NCBI GenBank assembly: GCA_046563655.1
Contig: CM102288.1
Coordinates: 1-64,000 of the forward strand
DNA: 64,000 bases
Direction: 5' to 3'
Source: Yuukianura sp. NJ FZ-2021
Lineage: Eukaryota
In this document: in pieces, positions 51,302 through 64,000 of the stretch
Numbering within the stretch: position 1 is the stretch's first letter
Layout of the letters: each line of letters opens with the position of its first letter
The notes under the pieces: generated by a model
Databases searched by the model: none
Told to the model about the DNA's origin: nothing
Seen by the model: only the letters and a program-made list of their open reading frames with translations
Translations under genes and position numbers: made by a program

Positions 51302-51965
51302 GTTCAATCAGCACTCTCCAACTCCTGTTAGGTAACTGATTAAACAAGAATGTCCAAGAGTATGCGTAGCAGTGAGCATGTCCTTATCCTTCCGTTATCG
51401 GGAGTTTGACCTTGTGACCTCTCTCTCTCTCCAAACAGCTGATTAGCCACAATATCCACATGAGATCTCGCGCTCTTTTCTCTCATCCCAAATCCACACA
51501 GATCAAGTGATTTCTATTCCCACTTGACATTGACTTTGGAGTGTCAAGTAATTTTAATTGTCTCCAGGCAGAACAAGTCCGGGAACTGGAAGGTAAGGCC
51601 ATCCTCATGTACATTATGACTATTTGGGTTACGTGTAACTCCTTTGTCATTTGTGGTCTTAGGTTTGGGTCAATTAATCTCCAACCACGCGACCACGCCT
51701 CCTCTCAGTCCCACTTCACTTCCCAATCACAGTATCCAACCTTCAAAACTATACAATCACATGGCAAAGTAATTCCAGCACTTCCTCCGCCACGCACCAG
51801 TATTCCCAAGTATTCGTAACTAAATCCCATCTCTACGACGGCAAACAAACTTTGTATTTCCTTCAAGCAACTTTTACAAAGAGGTTAGTAACAAGTTCAG
51901 CATTAATTAGGTTATGCCTCAATCAGTTACAAGTGTTCTTCTTTCTTCCAGATTCATCAGTAGTC

Positions 51966-54190
51966 ATGCTCTCTCGCAGTATTTCGCTCGTGTCCACACG
52001 CAACAACACATTCCACACGTACTAGTCAACATCACTTACTCCCTTTAGTTCCAAAAGTCTAATTTTGTCTTCTTGTAGCCACCGCTTCGTTAGTTCTGTC
52101 GTTCGGCCTCCTGTCTTTGAGGATTTTGCAATCAAGAATGAGCCCGTGTTGGCCTATGGGAAAGGAAGCAAGGAAAGAAGGACTTTGGAGTCTTCTCTCA
52201 AGATGTACGCCAAGGACACAATCGAAGTGCCAATTGTGATCGGAGGAGTAGAGTACAAGACAGATCGAGTCATGTACCAAGTCATGGTAACCAACTATGG
52301 AAATACTCACACAACTTTCAACTGCAACCATTAAATTAGTCTTTTTCCTTTGTAGCCACATGACCATCAACACAAACTGGCCAAGTTCTATCACGCAACA
52401 CCCGAACTGGTCCAGAAGGCTGTGGATACTGCAACGGAAGCACAACGATCCTGGGACCAAGTTCCTTGGCAAGACAAGTTCTCAATGTGGCTTAAAGCGG
52501 CTGACTTGATGGCGGGAACGTGGAGACAGAAACTGAATGCAACCACAATGCTGGGCCAATCCAAAACTGCCATCCAAGCAGAGATCGATGCGGCTGCGGA
52601 ACTGATAGACTTTTTCCGGTTCAACGCCTTCTTTGCCAAGGAACTGCTCAAGTACCAGCCAGTGAGTGAAGTTCCAAAGGCGTTCAGAAACCACATTCGA
52701 TACAGAGGGATGGAGGGATTCGTAGCTGCCATTTCACCCTTCAACTTCACAGCCATCGGAGGAAATCTTGCTTATACTCCCGCTCTCATGGTACAACTTT
52801 CTGATTTCATATTTTAAAAAATGAATTCATGTTCTAACATTCTTTCACTTTGTAGGGAAATGGTGTCGTTTGGAAGCCCTCAGACACTGCTCTCCTCTCC
52901 AACTACACAATATTCCAGATTTTGAAGGAAGTGGGAGTTCCAGCAGGAGTTGTGAACTTTGTGCCTTGTGATGGTCCACTCTTTGGAAAAGTCATCACCA
53001 CTTCCAAGCATTTGGCAGGAATCAACTTCACTGGATCAGTTCCGTAAGGCATTTCCTCACTTCAAAACAAAAGTTAAGAATTCTAATCTTTCTTTAATTT
53101 TCAGAACTTTTCAACATCTGTGGAGAGAAGTTGGAGTGAACTTAAGTCAGTATCGAAACTTTCCGAAATTAGTCGGTGAATGCGGCGGGAAGAACTATCA
53201 TTTCGTGCATCCCAGTGCCGATGTTCAGACAGTGGTAAATGCTACAATTCGGTCTGCATTCGAGTACAGTGGTCAAAAGTGTTCTGCGTGCAGCAGAATT
53301 TATGTGCCGGAGAGTCTGTGGTCACAAGTGAAGAGTGGACTTGTGGAGAACATGAAGCAAATCAAAATGGGGTAAGAAAGTCACAACGCAACTAAGTTGC
53401 TCAATTATTAATTGGATTCTTTGACTTCCCTCAGAGCTCCGTCTGACTTTTCTGTTTTCACGGGAGCTGTGATAGATGAAAAGTCCTTCAACAGAATTTC
53501 TGGATACATCGACCATGCAAAGGAAAAACTGGAAATTGTGCAAGGAGGAGGATATGACAAAAAGTAAGAAAAAGAGTTGATTTGTGTTTCCAAATTCTAA
53601 CTTTGTTTTTTATTTTCTTAGACAAGGCTACTTTGTGCAACCGACGTTGGTTGAGACGAAGGATCCTTTGGACAGAATCATGCGAGAGGAGATTTTCGGA
53701 CCAGTGTTGACAGCCTACGTTTATCCCGATGGAAAAGTCAAGGAAACACTCAAGATATTGGACGAATCAACCCCGTACGCCCTTACTGGCGCCGTTTTTG
53801 CTCTGGATGAGTAAGCTTCGCATCTTTTTTTTAGAAAATGGAAGTTGAATCGGCTCTAAATGTACTTGTTTTTGTAGGACGTTTTTAAGCGAGGTGCAGG
53901 AAAGTCTGAAGTACACGACTGGAAACTTTTACCTGAACGATCGATCGACAGGATCCGTGGTTGGGCAGCAACCGTTCGGAGGAGCGAGGATGTCGGGGAC
54001 AAATGACAAGGCAGGCGGACCCCACTACGTAAGTCTTTCTAACTTGAGACAACTAACAAGTGAATTCGTGTCAGAAAGTAGTTGTTTTGCACAGGTTGTG
54101 AAATGGACTTCCCCGCAAGTGACAAAGGAGACTTATATTAGAACAACTGACTGGAGATACTCCTACATGGACTCTGCGGAATCGGATTAG
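51966..54190 (+). CDS. ALDH4A1: Delta-1-pyrroline-5-carboxylate dehydrogenase, mitochondrial
   Basis: QSKTAIQAEIDAAAELIDFFRFN, AAISPFNFTAIGGNL, GECGGKNYHF, AFEYSGQKCSACSR, EEIFGPVL, TGSVVGQQPFGGARMSGTNDKAGG. Confidence 0.97.
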
Positions 54191-54892
54191 AATTGCAATC
54201 TTTTAATAAACATTTTAATCCAGTCTTCCATTCCACAACAGCCTACCAACCACGTTAATCAATTACTTTCCTAATTCTTAGACGAAATACGAATCAGAGT
54301 AGAATCCCATTGAGTAATTATTTAGTACCTAGTTAATTTCAAGATTATCATCAGCTGTGTAGAGAATATAGTATAAGTAGCTATATGTACTAGGAATCAT
54401 GGAATTATTAAATTTTTAAAGTAAAGCTGGTTCTATACTTGGAAAAATTCGAATTTTTCAATTTTTATAGTAAAGATGTTGCTAGACTCGGAAAAGGAGT
54501 TCGATTTGAGACGTCACCCTACAGACTTGTCACCGAGTTCCTCTCCTTCAGCCTCTATTCTGACCAAACTATTGTAGCTATTAAATCCTGCAATGGAAGT
54601 TGCTACATTTTGTTTAGAAAGTCTAATAAGTCTAATTGGAACATACGAATTCTCTGCCGCTGACCTAGCACAGTTTACCAATCTAAAAATTATTTTGGCG
54701 CTAAAACTTTCAAAACATTTGCAATTGCCGCTTCCGCGGGGCAATACCACGCCCATAAATGAAAAGCATCTCAACATTGTCATCCACGGTCTCCCACTAC
54801 ATCAGCTTTCCACGAAATCAATTTCTGATTGGATTCAACTACAGCTGAAAGTGAAAGTAACAGTTATTCGTTTACGTGCATTTGGTAAAAAA

Positions 54893-55157
54893 CAGATATA
54901 GCGATAACCCCGGGAAATCGCCCTCGCAGATCTACAACAGATATGGCGATAACCCCGGGAAATCGCCTTAGCAGATCTACAACAGATATGGCGATAACCC
55001 CGGGAAATCGCCTTAGCAGATCTATAACAGATATGGCGATAACCCCGGGAAATCGCCCTAGCAGATCTATAACAGATATGGCGATAACCCCGGGAAATCG
55101 CGCTAGCAGATCTATAACAGATATGGCGATAACCCCGGGAAATCCCCCTCGCAGATC
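54893..55157. repeat. 45-bp tandem repeat (~6 copies), homologous to the 42-bp satellite
   Basis: Unit gggaaatcgccttagcagatctacaacagatatggcgataacccc aligns with the reverse complement of the 42-mer (agagatcggcagcgcagatccaacgaatgtaatgaaaaccct). Confidence 0.9.
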
Positions 55158-55342
55158 TCAAAACCCTGCCAACGGACTTCGTAATGCAAAATTTTCAAAA
55201 ATGTCAAAAACAGGCAAACTCTTGGCAATCGCCTTTCTAACGGAGAATCATGAAAATATAATACTGCATGGAGATTCTGAACATGTTTAAAAACATGAAC
55301 TTGAATTGAACTTTGAAGAAAAAATTAACTTTGCAAAAAAAA

Positions 55343-58300
55343 GAAGGCAGGGCGATGCTCAAGGGTTGAGCATAGGTCTTCTGGAGGGAGTTGGCAACGG
55401 TTTTTACACCGGCTGTCCGCAAACGCAAGAAAAACGTTAAGAAACTGTTTTCACGAGATTTATGCAACGAAACGTGGCTCATAATTTTCAGTGGAGATAT
55501 GGGGCCTTTTTGTGCACAATTGCACAAAAATGCGAAAAAACCGTTTGCATGAAAATGTTGTTCAAGGTTAGCTCAGATTTCACTCTGTTCAAATTTTTCA
55601 AAAAGTTAAAAATTTACTATGAAAATCACTCTTTCTAATCAACTAAATTCCAAATTCCAAAAAGTTAAAAGTTTAGTAGGAAAATCACTCTTTCTAATCA
55701 ACTAATTTCCAAATTCCAAAACGTTAAAAGTTTAGTAGGAAAATCACTCTTTCTAATCAACTAATTTCCAAATTCCAAAAAGTTAAAAGTTTAGTAGGAA
55801 AATCACTCTTTCTAATCAACTAATTTCCAAATTCCAAAAAGTTAAAAGTTTAGTAGGAAAATCCCTTTCTAATCAACTAATTTCCAAATTCCAAAACGTT
55901 AAAAGTTTAGTAGGAAAATCACTCTTTCTAATCAACTAATTTCCAAATTCCAAAACGTTAAAAGTTTAGTAGGAAAATCACTCTTTCTAATCAACTAATT
56001 TCCAAATTCCAAAAAGTTAAAAGTTTAGTAGGAAAATCCCTTTCTAATCAACTAATTTCCAAATTCCAAAACGTTAAAAGTTTAGTAGGAAAATCACTCT
56101 TTCTAATCAACTAATTTCCAAATTCCAAAACGTTAAAAGTTTAGTAGGAAAATCACTCTTTCTAATCAACTAATTTCCAAATTCCAAAACGTTAAAAGTT
56201 TAGTAGGAAAATCACTCTTTCTAATCAACTAATTTCCAAATTCCAAAACGTTAAAAGTTTAGTAGGAAAATCACTCTTTCTAATCAACTAATTTCCAAAT
56301 TCCAAAACGTTAAAAGTTTAGTAGGAAAATCACTCTTTCTAATCAACTAAATTCCAAATTCCAAAAAGTTAAAAGTTTAGTAGGAAAATCACTCTTTCTA
56401 ATCAACTAATTTCCAAATTCCAAAACGTTAAAAGTTTAGTAGGAAAATCACTCTTTCTAATCAACTAATTTCCAAATTCCAAAAAGTTAAAAGTTTAGTA
56501 GGAAAATCACTCTTTCTAATCAACTAATTTCCAAATTCCAAAACGTTAAAAGTTTAGTAGGAAAATCACTCTTTCTAATCAACTAATTTTCAAATTCCAA
56601 AACGTTAAAAGTTTAGTAGGAAAATCACTCTTTCTAATCAACTAATTTCCAAATTCCAAAACGTTAAAAGTTTAGTAGGAAAATCACTCTTTCTAATCAA
56701 CTAAATTCCAAATTCCAAAAAGTTAAAAGTTTAGTAGGAAAATCACTCTTTCTAATCAACTAAATTCCAAATTCCAAAAAGTTAAAAGTTTAGTAGGAAA
56801 ATCACTCTTTCTAATCAACTAAATTCCAAATTCCAAAACGTTAAAAGTTTAGTAGGAAAATCACTCTTTCTAATCAACTAAATTCCAAATTCCAAAACGT
56901 TAAAAGTTTAGTAGGAAAATCACTCTTTCTAATCAACTAAATTCCAAATTCCAAAAAGTTAAAAGTTTAGTAGGAAAATCACTCTTTCTAATCAACTAAA
57001 TTCCAAATTCCAAAAAGTTAAAAGTTTCCAAATTCCAAAGAGTTAAAAGTTTAGTAGGAAAATCACTCTTTCTAATCAACTAAATTCCAAATTCCAAAAA
57101 GTTAAAAGTTTAGTAGGAAAATCACTCTTTCTAATCAACTAATTTCCAAATTCCAAAACGTTAAAAGTTTAGTAGGAAAATCACTCTTTCTAATCAACTA
57201 ATTTCCAAATTCCAAAACGTTAAAAGTTTAGTAGGAAAATCACTCTTCCTAATCAACTAAATTCCAAATTCCAAAGAGTTAAAAGTTTAGTAGGAAAATC
57301 ACTCTTTCTAATCAACTAATTTCCAAATTCCAAAGAGTTAAAAGTTTAGTAGGAAAATCACTCTTTCTAATCAACTAATTTCCAAATTCCAAAGAGTTAA
57401 AAGTTTAGTAGGAAAATCACTCTTTCTAATCAACTAATTTCCAAATTCCAAAACGTTAAAAGTTTAGTAGGAAAATCACTCTTTCTAATCAACTAATTTC
57501 CAAATTCCAAAAAGTTAAAAGTTTAGTAGGAAAATCACTCTTTCTAATCAACTAATTTCCAAATTCCAAAAAGTTAAAAGTTTAGTAGGAAAATCCCTTT
57601 CTAATCAACTAATTTCCAAATTCCAAAACGTTAAAAGTTTAGTAGGAAAATCACTCTTTCTAATCAACTAATTTCCAAATTCCAAAACGTTAAAAGTTTA
57701 GTAGGAAAATCACTCTTTCTAATCAACTAATTTCCAAATTCCAAAACGTTAAAAGTTTAGTAGGAAAATCACTCTTTCTAATCAACTAATTTCCAAATTC
57801 CAAAACGTTAAAAGTTTAGTAGGAAAATCACTTTTTCTAATCAACTAATTTCCAAATTCCAAAACGTTAAAAGTTTAGTAGGAAAATCACTCTTTCTAAT
57901 CAACTAATTTCCAAATTCCAAAACGTTAAAAGTTTAGTAGGAAAATCACTCTTTCTAATCAACTAATTTCCAAATTCCAAAATGTTAAAAGTTTAGTAGG
58001 AAAATCACTCTTTCTAATCAACTAATTTCCAAATTCCAAAATGTTAAAAGTTTAGTAGGAAAATCACTCTTTCTAATCAACTAATTTTCAAAATCCAAAA
58101 CGTTAAAAGTTTAGTAGGAAAATCACTCTTTCTATTCAACTAATTTCCAAATTCCAAAACGTTAAAAGTTTAGTAGGAAAATCACTCTTCCTAATCAACT
58201 AAATTCCAAATTCCAAAAAGTTAAAAGTTTAGTAGGAAAATCACTCTTTCTAATCAACTAATTTCCAAATTCCAAAGAGTTAAAAGTTTAGTAGGAAAAT

Positions 58301-58492
58301 CACTCTTTCTAATCAACTAATTTCCAAATTATTATATAAATTATTATTATTATATAAATTATTAAATAAATTATATAATTTCCGAACGGGATGTTTCAGT
58401 GGAAAGATTCCTAAAAAATGTGACACACAGACAGACAAAGTCGTATCAATAGTCTTCTTCAGCATGTCGTAGACATGCGTCTCCAGAAGACT
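55343..58492 (-). mobile_element. Non-autonomous Helentron (DINE-1/HINE architecture) with expanded central tandem repeats
   Basis: On the minus strand: T-run, subTIR GTCTTCTGGAG (58491-58481) with a partial inverted repeat and hairpin, (GTCT)n microsatellite at ~58428-58437, 59-bp tandem array, the other subTIR at 55376-55386, and 3' hairpin ATGCTCAA-ggg-TTGAGCAT (55355-55373). It sits in an A/T run with no other TSD. Confidence 0.8.
55621..58329. repeat. 59-bp satellite, ~46 copies
   Basis: Unit gaaaatcactctttctaatcaactaatttccaaattccaaaacgttaaaagtttagtag; phase shifts by 1 nt per 60-nt line. Confidence 0.98.
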
Positions 58493-59096
58493 AAAAATGA
58501 CTGCGAGAAAATAATGATGGTGGAAAGAAAATTAAGGTGGGAAAATAAAATGAACTTTGAAATAAAAATGTCACTAGGAACCCAGCATTACATGTCCAAA
58601 ATTTTCCGACAATGTCACCTTTTGAAAGGATCTAGCATAGGCATCTCAGATGACCTCTTGCCCCAAGACAGACTCCGGAATAAGTCAAAAAAAAATTTTC
58701 GAAAACGTCCCTCGCAATTGAAACAAATAGCTCCATTTCTAACTCACACTTGAATACGAAAATGCAACCTGCACAGTCCAGTTTCCCGTCCTTAGGTTAG
58801 GCTTAGATGAGCCAAGTACATCAACGTCCGTCATTTTGCTTCATTATTCCAATAATGATATTACTTTACAACCGAGGGAGGCCGGGCTCACCTCGCTCTT
58901 ACTACAAGGTCACATTCCAACCCTTCCTACGGACGTGTTGGAGGCCATTGACCCTTGTGACCCCAGTGAACGGTCCCAGGAAAATAAACCCACACATGAA
59001 GGCCCAAATGACAAGATTTTCGTGCGAAAAAGGAAAAAGAAGTCATCAAAAGGAGTATCCGCTTCCAGCATAGATCAGCAAATTCTGCATCCAAAT

Positions 59097-59631
59097 TCTA
59101 GTCACTCGAAAACTAATTACCAATTGTCACCAGATCAGAATATGGCTTATATTCGGCAAAACGGCGCTTCGATTTTTTACGATTAAAATGTCGTTTTATA
59201 TCAATTTTTGGGTGCAGATTCCGAATCTGAAATTCGTTTTTGGCGGTCACACCTCCTTCTTGGTGAGATTAATTAATTAAGATTCTAATTAACAGTGTGA
59301 ATTTGATATACAGAATGAGAATTTGTGGTGTAACCAACGGAAACCAAGGATTGTTGTTTGTTATATCTCCGCGCCGAAGGCGCGCGTTAGGTTTGGTTAG
59401 CATATAACAACAATAAATTCGAATCTCCCTTGGTTACAAACTCATTCTACATATGAAATGCACTCACTGTTAATTAAAATGTTAATTAATTAATCTTACC
59501 AGGAAGGAGGTGCGACCGCCAAAAACGGATTTCAGATTCGGAATCTACGCCCAAAAATTGATATAAAATGATATTTTAATCGCAAACAATCGAAGCGCCG
59601 TTTTGCCGAATTTGTTCCCACAAGTGACTAG
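59097..59631. mobile_element. Foldback MITE with long imperfect inverted arms
   Basis: 59151-~59300 is the reverse complement of ~59463-59611. Outer tctagtcact/agtgactaga inverted ends and a central cgcgcc-gaa-ggcgcg hairpin. Confidence 0.8.
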
Positions 59632-60255
59632 ATAAAGACAATGTCAATTTCCAGAATTCCAAGCTAAATGATGCATTTTTTTCTATTAATATTGTTACTA
59701 TTTTAAATTTTACGTGGAACAGTCGACGCAGAACTTTAATTAGCTTAATAGTTCCAACTAACTTTTAGAAAGAGTAATTGCTACTGTGCATAGTTGTGCA
59801 GGGGGCGTGTCTCAAATGTAGTACTTTGGGTAGAAATGGACTACCATTGCTACAGTGTAGCCATCGCTGTCGTTTTTGGACATCTCGACCCCAATTTACG
59901 CTAACTTCAATTCAATGCAGCCCAGTTTATACACTTTGACTTTGAAAATTTAATGGAACTTAATTAACCAATTGGTCGTAACCAGTCGGTTGTTATAAGA
60001 AAAAGTGGAGTTGATGTGTATACAAGTGGTGTTGTTTCGTTTATTTCAACCCTCTGTTGTCGAATGGAGTAGAAGGTTGCTCCTCTGGTGGTGATTTGGT
60101 GCAAATTTGGATTGTGTTTTTGGAGTGCGGTGAGAGGAGGTCTTTGCCATTCTCAATTAACTGCTTAATTTTATCAAGGATCGGTGAAACTCAATTAATC
60201 GGTAAGTTCTGAAGGTCACTGAAGGTCAAAGTGCCCTTTAGTTTCAATTTGAGTT

Positions 60256-61039
<784 letters not shown>

Positions 61040-62000
61040 ACAACGGACGAAATTTTACACTAAATAAACTTATTTCAGTCCTCTACTCTCCTCCGAAATT
61101 ATTCTTAGACTCAAATAGAAGTGAAATGGAATTTTGATGGCATTTATTTTTGGAACAGTGTCGCTAGTAAGTTAAAGTGTGAGATGCTCGATCGATTGTC
61201 TTAATTCCCGTGATTAATAATCACAATTACTTAGATGTAAGCGATTAATTGAATCGTTTGAAGAGTGAGGAATTGAGAGGTGTCAAGTGCCTCTGTATAA
61301 ATTCCCTCTGTTGCATGAGTGCAGAACTTCACCTGAGCCACGAGATTCCCACGGAATTTGATTTTGTGGACTTGAGAAGCCTAGGAATCTTTTGTTGGAA
61401 ACCACAAAGAACCGTTAATTGGATTCATCAGTTGTACTAATTACTTGTAGCATCTTTTAAGTGAAGGAATTAGTTATGTGGAGGGTCATTTAGTACATTG
61501 GTTAAACGTGAATTAGTCCAGTTGAGTTAATACTCTGCAAAGGTATACAAAGAGATAGAACAAGAGCACAGATTACAGAAAGAGAGAGAGAGAGTGGATT
61601 AAGTTCGTAATTAAGTTAATCAGTTAACTCATGTGTGTAAGGAAGGCGTGAATCGTGTCAAGAATCATCCTGGATCTACCCATGAAAGTCGTAAGTCAAT
61701 TCAAAACACGTTCTATCCTGTGTCTACGAAAACGATTTTCAGTCGTCACATCAAAGGAGCCCTTAGTAAGGTTCATTCATAAGGGATTCAGTAGCAGCAT
61801 AGTTGAAATCACTCTCACTATCTTTCTCTCCAGTCTCCCACAAAGCAAACCTTACGAAACACAAGTTTAACGTAAACTAATCGAATAAGTTCAGTTGTTA
61901 ATTATAAAATTAACAAGTAATTCAATTACTAGTACATTAGAAATTGGTGTCAATTTGTAATTGAGCGTTGTGTTTTTGCAGGAGAGGTGTCGTTTCCCTG

Positions 62001-64000
62001 ATGATGGATGATGTAAATGCGGCCGACCAACCGTTGTTGACCTTTGACCCAGACGTCGTCGACTTTGTCCTTGAGCTTGGCCCAGTCATCTCCCTCTCTC
62101 TAGAAGAATGTCGAGCCACCTTATCCACCGTCGGCACGAACAAAATCACGCCAGCCGCCGTAGCTCGCATAATGAACGGGATGCTCAAGGCATCGAGCGA
62201 CCGCGGCGCTGGCGGTGGAGGTGGTTGGGGGGAAGAAGCGAAGGGAGATTCAGAAGAAGCGATTCCCTGGAACGGGAAAGTGTTTGTAGAGGCTGTGCTG
62301 GATCTTGTGCCGACGTTCGTGTGGAAAGAAGTGTTCCATCAACTTGACTTCCCCGGCTTCTGCATCCCCTCTTCCTCTGCATTCCGAGCCCTCATCGAAG
62401 CCCTTCGCTATGGACTGACCCTTCAAGGCCAAACTCGGCCTGATCAGTTCCCAGTGGAGGCCTTCTACCGAACATGGAACAACTCTGATGCTCAGATGAG
62501 CCTCATTCGCCAAGGTCTCAACCCCAACAACTACGACGTCTTCTCCTTTGCTGACTTCCCCTTCCACTCCTCCTCTGTGGACATTCTCAAGAACTCTCAA
62601 GACAAAGGACACGAGTCCAAGGAAACTGCGACCTGGAAGAGTCTCGAGCTCATCGAAGTGCTGCTCAGTTTGTCTGACTCTGGACACTATGCCACAGTGA
62701 GTGACTGTTTCCAGTACCCCATTGCCCACTGTCCAGAAGTCCTCATCATCGGACTCATCCAGTTGTCCACTCCCATGAACGCCCTTCGTCAAGAGCTCCT
62801 CGCCACGCTCTTCCCCCTCTTCCTCAACACGCATGTCAGTTCAGGCGCAGTGCTCAACTTTGCCTGGCAACAGTCCGGCACGAACACAATTCGACCAGTA
62901 CTTATGATGGCCATGGCAGACTGGTACCTGTCCAGTGACTGTGACCAAGCGAGACTGAGCCGAGTGCTGGACATTGCCCAGGACTTGAAGGCCCTTTCTC
63001 TCCTCCTCAACGCCAACTCTACGCCCTTTGTTATAGACTTGGCCATCCTAGCCTCCCGAAGAGAGTTTCTCAAACTGGACAAGTGGTTGGGCGACAAAGT
63101 GAGGGAATTCGGAGAGCCCTTTGTGTCTGCCCTGGCCAATGTCGTCAAAAGAAGAGTTCCACAACTAGTTGGGAGAGATGAACCAGCGTCAGTCAAGGGT
63201 CATCTGCCCCCCGAAGTGCTGGCGACCATCATCAATGCACTGCATCAAGCCATTGGGAAAACAACCAACCAGGAACTGACAGACACCATCATGAGCATTG
63301 GAAACAACTACACCAGACTACTGGGAAAACAGAGACAACCATCACAACCACTGCCCTCAGCACAAACCGGTACTTTTATACTACTTTTTAAAACTGCTGG
63401 AACCAAATCATAAGAAAGTAAGAAACTGTCTCAAAAGTAGTTTTTTGTTTAGGTTTGGGCAACATTCTGAGATCTCATCGCAGTTTGGAGCCGAGTTTCA
63501 ACTCTCCGCCTCCGCCACCTCCGAATCTAAATCAATTCGGAACTGAGCCTTTGAACTCTCTGGGCTCAACGTTGGCTGGACTGAACTTGGCTGGAGTGGG
63601 GTCATTTGGTCTGAGTGGACTCAATTCTGTCACGCCGGGATCCCCCTCCAGACTCCTCGGACACAACATCGGACACTCTCATCAGCAGCAGCAACCACAG
63701 CAAAACTCTGGTTTCATGGGTTTAGGTGGGCCTCTGGGCCCACCGAATCGAAATGCATCCACCCCACCCATCGGCCCCATGGGGAATCCCCTCATGAGCA
63801 TGTTGAGTGGTCGGTTTGGAGCTAATCCCACCAGTCAACCCACCACACCCGAAACGAGGAGGAACAATGTGTCAGGCGACAGTGGGGCACTCGTCATCGG
63901 GGGACAGTCGTATGCGGAAATTCAGGGGACGGAGATCTCAAAAGAAGCAGAGGATGAGGCCAACGGATACTTTCACAGGATCTACAGCAAACCACCAGTA
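62001..64000 (+). CDS. CNOT1: CCR4-NOT transcription complex subunit 1, 5' portion (continues beyond the window)
   Basis: WKEVFHQLDFPGF, ATWKSLELIEVLLSLSD, HCPEVLIIGL, DQARLSRVLDIAQDLKALSLLLN, IDLAILASRREFLKLDKWL, EAEDEANGYFHRIYS. The start is uncertain. Confidence 0.93.

Larger units (their letters stand above)
54593..58690 (+). pseudogene. LINE (CR1/L2/Jockey-like) ORF1 remnant split by nested insertions (pieces ~54593-54893 and ~58570-58690)
   Basis: NIVIHGLP..IRLRAFGK lies left of the insertions and KIFRQCHLLKGSSIGISDDL..R lies right of them. These are consecutive motifs typical of the LINE ORF1 RRM/CTD. Confidence 0.5.

Noticed and set aside
54835..55290. ORFs with 15-aa repeats (MAITPGNR.. 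/ SARAISRGYRHICYR)
   Set aside because: Translations of the 45-bp tandem repeat; the peptide similarity to 3201-3340 reflects non-coding DNA homology.

Overview
Eukaryotic DNA, very probably from an arthropod: compact spliced genes with introns of about 55-80 nt and an arthropod-type Activin-beta. The right half (36.3-64 kb) is a gene-dense block containing GPR155, Activin-beta, MINDY3, POMT1, PEX5, ALDH4A1, RPS27A (with an intronic H/ACA snoRNA candidate) and the 5' part of CNOT1. It is interrupted at 54.6-58.7 kb by three nested repeats: a LINE ORF1 remnant, a tandem-repeat element, and a DINE-1/Helentron-like element carrying a 59-bp satellite. In the left half, 1-2.7 kb is an inverted copy of 34.1-36.8 kb that includes the GPR155 5' end, followed by 42/40-bp satellites and a 100-N gap. 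Two arrays of a telomere-like TTTTAGGA-derived satellite then bracket a ~13-kb island (14.9-28 kb) of co-oriented minus-strand genes. Manual splicing shows that the island encodes two paralogous proteins with three Myb/SANT repeats resembling the telomere-binding TRF/Rap1 type, plus a shared unknown domain. Between them lies a ~750-aa protein with a D..HxAxD..YxxxxK..RxE pattern reminiscent of Rep_trans/MOBT tyrosine nickases. This island is the best candidate for an undescribed system, a satellite/telomere-repeat-associated mobile or selfish element. The functional assignments are inference and need HMM and structure searches.
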